From NCBI GenBank assembly GCA_008632985.1, contig QPGO01000101.1, positions 248,001 to 312,000 of the forward strand: 64,000 bases of DNA, given 5' to 3'. Positions 25,601-35,700 of the stretch are shown here, piece after piece (positions within the stretch are counted from its first letter, which is position 1; the number at the start of each line of letters is the position of its first letter). The stretch is from Psammoneis japonica. Its lineage: Eukaryota. A model generated the notes under the pieces. That model worked only from the letters and a program-made list of their open reading frames with translations. It ran no database searches and had not been told where the DNA came from. A program made the translations under genes and the position numbers.

Positions 25601-27129
25601 TGACTTCTTGTCAGGGACAGTCACAGAAGGCTCTTGTGGTGCACACAACATCAATGAAAAAAAATGATTGGATGAGAAAAGGGGTGCACACAGGAGTTGA
25701 GGGAAAAGGGGGGAGGACACACGCCATCACACAAACAGGTGCCATCTTTGCAGATCCTCCTGATTTTGCATTTGGTTTTGGATTGACACTCTCATTTGTT
25801 GTCATCGTCCATGTGGTCAGCCCTCTGATCACGCACTCTGCAACAAAGAATTGTGAGCAACTTGCTGTGCTTGAGTCGTGTGCCAGGTTGCTCCTTGGGG
25901 CAGCACTTTCCAAACCCATGATTCAACATGCAATTGCACCTGCCATTGACACAAGGTTCTCCATGTTGCCAACTTGGTCAGGTGTGATGAATTCCTTGAC
26001 ATTGCCCCCCTGGGAACCCAGGTTGTTAGAATCACACAAGACTGGAAAGCTGTTGACAAACATGCACCACTCCTTTTGGGATTTGACATTGCAAAAAATC
26101 TGCGTGAACCAACAAACAAAGCTTGGCACTGGCGTGACATTTTGCTTTCGAACGGAGATTGCTCTTGGGAACTTTCATGACTGAACATGTTCTTGAACTT
26201 AACAAACTGAATGTCCACAATGACAAAAGACTCTGGGACACATTGCTGTCATTGCTGTTGTTGTGACAATGCACCACCATCATGTCACCAATTTTCAGTG
26301 ATGATGCGTGTGGCGCACACAAAGTTTCCAGCACAAAAAAATTCAGAAAGTCCCAATCATCTTGCCATCCATCTGCTCGTTGTGCGAATGCCTCAAGAAA
26401 GCTGGATTCTTGACAAGAAAGATTGGATTCTGAACAAGAGCAGTGACATTTTCCAGACAAAAGCCAATCACTTGTGTGTCAAGCAACCAGGCTTGCAGGC
26501 AGTTTCAACAGAAACAAAGTGTTGAGTGAATGTCAAAGTCACAACTTGCAGTTGGTTGGGCCATGCTGAGACAAAGCCAGCACACAAAACATCTTCAAAT
26601 CTGAAGCAGCACAACAAATGGCCTGGACTTTTTTGTGCCTCTCTTGTTGCTTCGATGGAAAATCACAGAATTGGGCTGTGTCAAGGTGTCTGAAATTTTG
26701 TGACACAGCAATGCTGTTGTTGAATGGTTGAAACACAAAGGGCCAGCACAAAGGGCCTGGTGGCACAGCTGTGCTCCAAAGTCATTGACCAGAAGAGGTC
26801 AAAAATCAGCCAACAACTTTGCAGTCAAATTGTTTCTCTCTTGTCATTTCAACAGGAAAACAAAGCACAAGGGCATTGAGCTCAATCTGCATGACACTGT
26901 GGCTCCATTTCAGGCACAAGCTGTGAAGTGCAGCAACGGTGCAACTGTTTTTTTTTCTTCCCACAAACACAATGCTGCCTTGCACTGCACCAGGATGTCA
27001 TGACCAAGGTGCTTTGCTCAGCTGTTGGATGGTCATTGTTGTGTTAAGTTGCAGTTGTTGTTGTGCTGTCCTCTGTTCTGGTGCAAATGTGGCTCCTGTG
27101 GCCACAATGTTTTTTGAAAGATTTTGGTT

Positions 27130-27280
27130 CTTCAAGAGCCAGTTGAGTGCGCTTTTGTGGGAAATGTTGTTGTGTGCCAAGCTGCTGAATGCATCTGATG
27201 CACCAACTGCCAGTGCAAAAACAGACACAGGAGCACAAAAAAAGTGTGGCAAGCCCTCATTTTGCAACATGCATTGTGCT
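27130..27280 (-). pseudogene. Eroded copy of the 5' end of the DUF445 gene (copy 1)
   Basis: CAPVSVFALAVGASDAF and HTTTFPTKAHSTG versus the gene's CVPVSVLALAIGTSDAF and HTTTFPTKSHSVG. Confidence 0.8.
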
Positions 27281-27489
27281 GCTGTGCTTCACACCTTGTG
27301 TGAACAGCTGTGCACACAATGCTCTGAGGATGCACCCCTGCACTGAATGTGGTTGCCAGAAACAACAAAACAAAAGATTGGAGACTCACCTTGCTTTTGC
27401 ACACTTCACCAGAAAATCTGAGATTGCTGCACTCTCATTTGCCGCGCAGCTTCTGAGCTCACTTGGCATGTCCTTGACATGCCTGTGTT

Positions 27490-27790
27490 GCCACCCAATT
27501 TGATTTTGTGGGAAACATTGTTGCGCAGCATCCAGAGCAAGATGTGGCAGCACAGTTGAACAAGCCACTGCCAAACATGTCTGATGCACCAATCTCCAGT
27601 GCAAGAACAGCTGCAGAAGCACAAAAAGCAGCACACAGCAACCCCCAATTTTGCAGCATCAGTTGTTGAGGCAACACACAAGTCATCGCAGCAGATGTCT
27701 TTCTCGTCCTCAACATTGACCATTGGCTCAACATCAAATGCTTTGATTGTGGATCAATGCACCGCTTGCAATGCTTCCACACTTTGACTT
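27490..27790 (-). pseudogene. Eroded copy of the 5' end and upstream region of the DUF445 gene (copy 2)
   Basis: AVLALEIGASDMF...MFPTKSN; upstream acacacaagtc...gcagatgtctttctc..tcctcaaca matches ~1160-1205. Confidence 0.8.
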
Positions 27791-29420
27791 GCTCTGATGC
27801 AAGATTGTCAGAAGAGAGGAAATGATGCAGCAACTCAAGGTTGTTTCATTGTTGCACTTTTGTTTGCTGTGCAGCAGCTGTGCACTGCAAATTCATTCAC
27901 TCTGCACCTTTTCAGTTGGCCAAACCACAGCATGAGAGAAAATCTGTTTCCTGCCCTGTTTCGCACAAGGACACTTCTTGAGTCAACAACAAACTGATTG
28001 CAAACACATGCTTGACAATGTGCGACAATCTGCAGCCAAACAAATCTGCCTCGTTTGTCATTCTGATCCTCACAAAGCATTGCCAATTCATTGCCAGCAA
28101 TTTGTCAAGCAATTTGGCGAGCAATTCACCACACTTCACCATGGCAAAACAAGGATTGTCCAAAATTTTTGATTTGACACCTCATTGGGCACAAGTTTTG
28201 AGGTGTGTGAACACAAAAGGTGTCTGTCAACAGCTGTGTGGCATTCAACAGCTTTCATTTCTCATGTGGGTGCACTTGAAAAAATCTCAAGAGTCAAATT
28301 TTGAATCCCAAACACAGCAACAAAGCAAAAGTCAAAGTGGGGCTGCCAGAATGAAAAATCCTGTCTCAAGCTGAAAATGATTCTGTGGCTCTGGAGCCGC
28401 TGAGCCACACAAAGAAAGGACAACCCAGATGCAAATTGTTGTGGCTTGCCATGGCATTGATGCTCAACAGCTGTGACAGGATGTTGACACTCTCAGTCGT
28501 GAACCACATCAAGCTTGAATTGCTGGAGACAGAGCTTTGCATCTGTGTGCTGAGAATGGTGAACAGACCAAGAAGCAAAGAGAAAAATCAAGAAGCTCAG
28601 AGAAAACCTCAACCAGGAAGAGTGCTTTGAGGCACTGCTTGCTGAAATTAAATCTCTTGTTGCATTGTGTCCAAGACGGTGAGCTTGGGTGCAATTTTGC
28701 AGGAGTCTGAATCCTCTTTTGCTCTTGCAGCTGCTTTCCTTGCTCCATGCTTGGTTGCCTTGGCTCCAATTCTTGGGTCAAAGTTTCAAAACAAAAAAGG
28801 AGCCGTGCTCCAGCCAAATTCAGTTGCCACCCCTCAAGTGCAGATGCTGGCACCTGCTGGCTCAACAAGTTGGTGGAATCAAGTCCCTCATCAGCAAACA
28901 CCAGCTGAAACAATTTGGCAAGCTTGTTGACCGCAAACAGAGCTTTGCACAAAAAATGGCTCAATTCATTGAGAATTGGTTTTTTGGAGGTCCCAATGCT
29001 GTTCCTGATGACAGGTTTGACGTGAATCCACACTGTTGGAGGGAGTTAGAGTCATGCCACAACATGCTGTGGGTTGCCATTTTTAATTTTCCAAAGTCAA
29101 TCTTTTGGAAGATGTGTGCATTCTTCAGTGAAGAGATCTGTTTGCCAGGAGATGGTGATTGGGAATGATCTTCGTGAGAGATGTCTGTTCCTTCCCAGAT
29201 GCATGATTTGGCAAGCAATCTGTCAGATGGCTTGTGAATCACCTCGATGCCATGAAAATTAGGCTGTGATCAAAACCTTGGGAGAAAGAAAGCTCTCTTG
29301 TAGCTGCACATGTGGAATGAACGCGAACAATGCAGTTAAAGCATTCATGAAGCCCAGCACATGTGTGCAAGAAAACACTTTTTAAAAACCAATGTAAACA
29401 ATTTATGTGTGGGGAAAATG

Positions 29421-32400
29421 TCACTCAAATGAGCCAGAACAATCCCGATTGTTCGGTGCAAGCGAGCTTTCGTCGCTTTGGCGATACGTCTACAGTCTCC
29501 AAGCAATCGTACAAAGCCCCTGCTCCAGTCGAGAACTGATTGGAAGGGACAAAGATGCAAAGCTTACGTTTACCCCGAATCGAGCAGGCGAAACTTGCAT
29601 TCGATTGTTGGTGCGCTTGAGGCGCGCAGCAGCATCCTCGTCGTCAATTTCCGTGGCAACGCGGGTGAGACCGAGCTTTTCAAAGACGGCATGTTCGAAG
29701 CGCTTTCCGCGATGCTCGGTGGTGTACATTAATTGGACCTCCAAGAAGTTGAGCAATGCTGGGCACAAAAATGTGAGTTTGGAAAGAGGCTGTAGTTGTC
29801 CAGTATTGTTCAAATATTCCAGCAAAGACCGGAAGATGCTTCTTGCTTTCTTAAAGGCCAGCAGGTGGTTGCGAATTGCACTGTACATCAACCCTTTAGA
29901 GGGATCAAATACGAGAATGCTGTTGAGTTGGACCTTGGATACAGGGCATTTGCAGTTTGTAAAAAAGCATCCACCGAATGTTGCCGAAATTTCCAATAAA
30001 TCTTGGTCCGTCAGGTTTGCGTTCTTGGTGACAAATGATTCGCGCACTTTCAGCAACCCGTCTTCAATGGACAATGAACCGATGGAAGGAAGAAGGAAGG
30101 TGTCCTCTTTTCGTTCAATTTTGGAGAGGCTAAAATCCCTTTTGATTGTGCTGGTCAATTTTGAAGCGAACGCGTCGGCTGAATCCACGGAGGGTGGTTC
30201 ATCCGTCGTTGGCTGCGCAAAATCCCATATGCGTTGGGTGATGCCTAAGGACAACTCTTTGGTCCTTGCTACTTGTAAGAACGGCATCACAAGATGCTTC
30301 ATCGCCGTAGATCTGGTTTCCCAGGGAAGAGAGACGGTGAAGACTGAGCGGACGAAGTTCTCTGACTTGACGATAACCTCGGTTGCCTTTGAAGGACTGT
30401 TGCTGGTCACCGCGAACTTCAAAAGGTCACCCGTACGTACTTGAAACACCGGATCGGTGAGGGACTCCCAACTGCCACACGTGATGGCATTCGTGCTGGC
30501 AGCATAAAGGTCATTAGTGGTAAAGAAGTTGGTGCCATCACTTTTTCTGTCGGTAACGGAGCCAACACCAAGAATTTTCAATACATCTGCACTCTGCGAG
30601 AACACAGCATCAATGACGGCTTTCTGTCGTGGTAGGTCCGGCGACGTTTCGAGAATGAACCTGATGAGTTCGAGGTTCTTCTGCCTGCAGGCAAATAATA
30701 AGGTTTGCTCGTCCAACTCTAAGACGCTGAAGCGGTTCAACAGGAACTTGACTAAACCGAGATGACCATGACAACAAGCATTGAGAAGCATTATCGTTGC
30801 CTCTATCTTTGTTGTTGCCGTATCAGGTACATTCGCAAGAATCGTTTCTAGACACTTGACGATCTCTTCGCCGGCCATGGCGTTCGCATTTGTGTAGTGG
30901 GTGAGGTTGAGGCCGTTCTTTTTCCAGTTTGGGTATGGCTTATCTTTTGGTTCCTCCCAGCCGTGGTCCATGGCAATGGCTAAAATGGAGGCAATCATCG
31001 ACGAAGCGGTTTGCTCTTCGATGAGTCGTCCAGTACGGCAAACGACGTTCAGTCCAGTCTCTACAAAGATATCGGCATCCCAGCCATTGCAGATTGTGTT
31101 GAGAATGTCGGAATTGGCAATATCGTTCTCCACTACAACGTCCAGCGTGATCATTCTAATGTCAGACGCGCGTTGGCTACTCTTTTTCACGGCAATCGCG
31201 ATCGCGCTTGAGGCAACCCGATAAACTAGAGAGTGATCTCCGGCCGTTGCCACGTTGGACAAGGTATTTTTCAAAATATCATCCGATTGTTGCTTGGGTA
31301 GATCAAGAATGAGACTACTGATTCCTTCGGGATCGCCTTGCACCTTGCGTAGCGACGTCATTCCTTCGTTCACCCAATCTAATGGGTCTGGACTGGACCT
31401 TTCGTCGGAAGAGCGGCAAGAACGAAGCGTTCGAGCCACGGTAAGCGCGGTATCAACAAAGTTCGTCAGGATGTTACTGAAAAGCAAAACGGGAATTAGG
31501 AGATATCATGTGTGTACAAATCAACGAAATAGCACATACCGAAATTCACTAGGCGTGAGACCTGCCGATATGTCTTCGTAAGTCATGTTGATCACCATCG
31601 CGGTTCCGGTACTTGGGCTCCAAAGTTTGGTCTGTCCCAGGTAGTTGTGCTCCAACGCCTTTCGCATTACTACTGTATCCGGCGCGCCTCCCCAAACCGT
31701 TGTCGAAACACGGAATTTCAGTCCAAGGGCAGGCCCAATAAAGATTTTGAGGTGGCCGTATGTGAAGTGGCACATTCCTGCCTCATCGAGCCGAAGGAAG
31801 GCGCGGATTGATGAATCAATTTCGGTAATGTAGGCTGCCAAGGCTCGCTTGACTGTTTCAACATCGGACTGCTTGGGAACTTCAACCGAGATGGGCGACA
31901 TCAAGTAGCCATTTATACGGCTCTTAACCGCATCCAGGTTCAGATTTTCTCGCCGACCATGAAGGAGCTGCAGAGCATCAGAGATGCAATAATTGGTGGC
32001 TGCTGCTTTAATCCTCTCTCCGGCTTTGATGACACTGTCAATAAAAGTTTCCAACATCTCACAAAATGAAGCCTTGGTGTTTTCTGCTAGTCTCGAGGAG
32101 ACGGAGAACACTGCTTCATTTTTTCCTTTGGTTGCTGCAGGGCATATAAGAAGATTATTGGAAGGATTTCCTAGCTCCAAGAGTGTCGAATAGGAAAGAA
32201 GCTTATCAGCGAATTCCGCAGGTTCAAAAGCACAGTAAACCAAGAAGCTCTGCCCCCGCTGAGGAACCTGGATGAACATCGTATGTTCCTCATGCCCAAA
32301 GGCACACACGCCATCGCGATTCAGTTGCAGGGAACGGCTGATCTGACGGCCAATTGCTTGAAGCAATCCATTCACTTTCTGAATTGGTGAGTTCTCCAAT

Positions 32401-32462
32401 TGTTTTGTGGGCGTCATGTTTTCGAGGCACTCCCTCACGGTTGCATTGTTCCGGATTCGAGC
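29421..32462 (-). CDS. 3' part of the ankyrin-repeat/CesT-domain gene, downstream of the copia insertion. Exons 32462-31540, 31476-29568 and probably 29489-29421
   Basis: Two CesT-like segments (LQLNRDGVCAF...FLVY; LRLDEAGMCHF...MRKALEHNYL...EFRNILTNFVDTA across a 63-bp intron at 31477-31539) and ankyrin-like ACCHGHLGLVKFLL and ACRQKNLELIRFIL. Confidence 0.7.
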
Positions 32463-32467
32463 ATGGC

Positions 32468-32703
32468 AGTCGAGATGCAGTCCTACAGCTGAGTGGGATG
32501 GATGAGACCTCGGAGGTTGGCAGCAATGTGAATGGCGACAGAGGCAAACAGACGCTTGTTGAAAGTCGTTGTCTAGAAAATTTGTGACGAATGTCATTGC
32601 TTCTGTTTGAATCGATTTTGTGATGAGCTAATTATTTCGAAGAGAAAATCTGAGTCTGGGTTGCAGTTGTGAGATGCGACCAGAATGACGTTGAGTCGTG
32701 ACT
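32468..32703 (-). repeat. 3' LTR (236 bp)
   Basis: Colinear with 39479-39714; ends AGTC...GACT. Confidence 0.95.
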
Positions 32704-32724
32704 CTCCCTCTCAACCGAGAGAGC

Positions 32725-35700
32725 TTGCCAGCCCACAAGAGCCTTTCTGGCCACACGGAACGCATCGGTCCGCAGTCCCTTCGTGAACTGATCGGCCAGT
32801 TGCTCTGGAGTGCTGATGGGTTGGATGTCGATCTCCAATTGTTCGACTTTAGTCCTAAACCAGTGGTGCGGGACACCGATGTGTTTGGTTCGCGGAGACA
32901 ACTTGGGCATGCGTGCGAACTTGAGGCACGCGGAGTTATCTTCGCACACAATGGACGCAGGTGGGACATTCTGCTCTACAGGCGAGTCATCGGTGCCTTG
33001 GGTTGCGAGCTCAAAAGCCTTGGAGTGAGTCGTGACAGGGTTTTGGCGGTCAGACTTTCCGAGTGCGTGGTGGTTGAGCTCCTTGAGAACTTCACGAACA
33101 GGGATGAGATCGCGCACAGCTTGAGAAAGTGCGACACATTCCGCTTCCACAGTCGACAATGCTGCAAGAGTCTGCAGCTTGGACACCCAGATGAGCGGGC
33201 AGCCGGTGCAGCAGATGAGGCATCCAGTCCTGGACTTGACAGAAACTGGGTCTTGACCATCTTCCACACCAAATGACCCCGCGAAGTCAGAATCGATGCA
33301 GCAATCAACTCGATGATCTTGCGCAGGCTTGAGAATGAGACCTTCAGCAGCAGTTGCTTTGAGGTGTCGGAGCATCCGCTTCACTGCAGCAGCGTGGGAC
33401 GCTCGGGGCGCAAACGAGAATCGAGCCACTTGATGTGTGGCATGTGCAATGTCTGGCCGGCTGTTCGCTGCCAAGTGCATCAACACTCCAACAACTGAGC
33501 GATGATCGTGGGGTTCATCAAAAGGCAGGCCGTCCGTGTCGGCACCAATGGCCGCAGGTAGAGCTGGAGTGGATGCTCCATTGCAGTCCTGCATCTGTGC
33601 AGTGCGCAGGACCTTGTCAATTAGACCGGGTTGAGCGAGTAGAAATCGACCCTCGGAGAGCTTTTCGATCTTGATGCCGAGAAAGTTGCCGACTTCTCCT
33701 TCGTCTCTAAGTTCAAATGCGTGGCGATGTTCGTCGTCGGAGACTCCTGACTTGCGAATTTCGGCTTCTAGAGCTTCAGCTGAAGCTCCAGCAAAAACGG
33801 TGTCGTCGACGTGCACCACACACATCATGCCCTCTTTGAAATACAAACAGGGATCTGTGGCTGAAGGTGCCCATCCGCGCTCGGTTAAACCAGCTCGCAA
33901 CTTCTTGCAGAAGCCCTTGGGAGACTGTTTTAGGCCGCACAGTCCTTTCAAAAGTTTGAGAACCACATTGAGTCCCGACCTTGGCGCAAATCCCTTCGGC
34001 GGTGTCACACAAACTTCCTCGGCGACATCAGCTTGGCAAAAGGCTGTGGTGCAGTCCACCTGTCGTGCAGTCCATCCCTCCTTTAATGCCGCAGTGAGCA
34101 TGAGTCGGATGCTGGACCATTGCACAACCGGCGCGTGGGTTTCAAAAGCAGTCGACTCCTTCTTTCTGCAAATCACCGCGGACGCAGTGTCGGGCCTTGC
34201 ACTTGAGAGGGGTTCCATCTGGGAGTCTCTTGAGCTTTGGTGCCCATGTGCCTGGAAGTGCATTCACATGCGGCTGACGCTCGACTGCTTTCCAGGCTTG
34301 ACGATGTGTGAGTGCGTTGACTTCAATTTTCATCGCCTCAATCCATTCGTCAGCGTCCGGACCTTTCAGAGCTTTGTTCGACGAAGGCATGTCAGGGTCC
34401 TTGGTTTTCTCACTAGCTGCGCAGGCTCGTGGATCGCCGACATTGATGGCGCCACTGTCCAAATCCGTCTCGAGAGTCGCCAGATGCGCCAGTTGAGCCT
34501 CGTGTCCGATCGGCAGTGGCATTTCCTCGACGGAGCTGAAGCAGACCTCATCTGCAAACTTGGCAGAGTTGAACTGTCCCTTGGTTGACCGTGAAGACCG
34601 TCGCAGCCCTGGTGCTCCCTCTGGATTCGTCACAGGAGGTGTCTCGACTGGGGGAGGAGCTGTTGGTTCCGTCAGCGCTTCAGGTGGCGGAAGTCCGTTG
34701 CCATCTTGAGGTTCAGGTGGCTGAAGTGGCGCAGAGTCCGCAGAGTCTGCAGGAGTTTGAGTCGCAGGTGGGACTGGTGGCGTTGGCTGCTGAGTCGCAG
34801 GTGTGACTCGATCGGCAACGTCGTTGCAAGAAGTGGGTGAATCCGGCACAGCAATCGATGGAGCAGGCTCAAAATGCCCGCGAATGCGTGTTGCTCTGGC
34901 CAGTTCTCGTTCTTTACGTTGACGCTCTGGAGGGGTGAGCCACTCATCGTGTGAATGAACTGCCTGATCCTTCTCCAGAGGGATGCATGTCGATTGGTTG
35001 AGGCACAAGTGTTCCCAGTGATCAGGTGGATCCGTCTCCCTCTCGATTGATGGTGCGGCAGTGAAGAGATCGTCAAAGACCACATGACACTGAGGTGCAA
35101 CACTTCCAGTTTGAAGATTGAGGACCAAAGGAACCTCACTGGAATGGATGGCACTGAGTCCCACGAACAAAGCGCGACGAGTGCGAGGCTCCCAACGCGG
35201 GAGCTTCTTCCCGGAAGCAAGGGTCGGGTCAAGTACGTACGCTGGACATCCCCATGTGTGAATGTCGCGCAACCGATGTCTTGGCACTGTCGAACCGGTG
35301 AAAATGTCCGCTGGGCAATGTCCTTTGGAATTTGGGGTGACATTGTAGATGTGCGTGGCACAAGAAACTGCCATGGGCCATGGGGAGCTGTCAATTCCCC
35401 CCTTCCAGTGGATTGATGCATGAAGCAACATCGCTCTCGCCATGTTGGAGATGCTGTGGATGCCCCGCTCTGTGACGCCGTTCTGATGATGGGCGTTGGT
35501 TCCACAAAAACGGAGACGTTGTTCATGTTCTCGTGTGTGTTGTACAAAAGCGTTGGCCTTGAAAGCGCCACTGTCGGTAAGAAATTCTTGGACGATGACC
35601 CCGTGGTCCAAAGCATGTTTCTCAAACGCTTGCTTCGCGCGTGTCGTCTCAACAGCGGAGAAACCTGGTTGGTGCTCGACCTGGACATAGCCAGAGGCGT

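Larger units (their letters stand above)
1350..29400. repeat. Block of degenerate transposon and gene relics, strongly TpA-depleted, CpG-depleted and TpG/CpA-rich
   Basis: By eye, no TA in 12601-13419 versus 9 TA in 1081-1200. The ORFs here are almost Tyr-free and Cys/His-rich. The block contains several transposase relics. Confidence 0.9.

Noticed and set aside
1352..29300. Hundreds of 60-480 aa ORFs in all six frames as real genes or Cys-rich metal-binding proteins
   Set aside because: They overlap in all frames, lack Tyr and end mostly in TGA; explained by loss of TAA/TAG and Tyr to Cys/His conversion.
1350..29400. Classical RIP or CpG methylation decay alone as the cause of the skew
   Set aside because: RIP increases TpA. 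CpG decay cannot remove TA or turn conserved Tyr into Cys/His. CpG decay is present but is only part of the pattern.
29407..30444. 345-aa plus-strand ORF
   Set aside because: Antisense shadow of the ankyrin/CesT gene with no recognisable motif.
34130..34150. Programmed ribosomal frameshift in pol
   Set aside because: It falls inside the RT motif DYFETYAP at a T run; more simply a 1-nt insertion or sequencing error.
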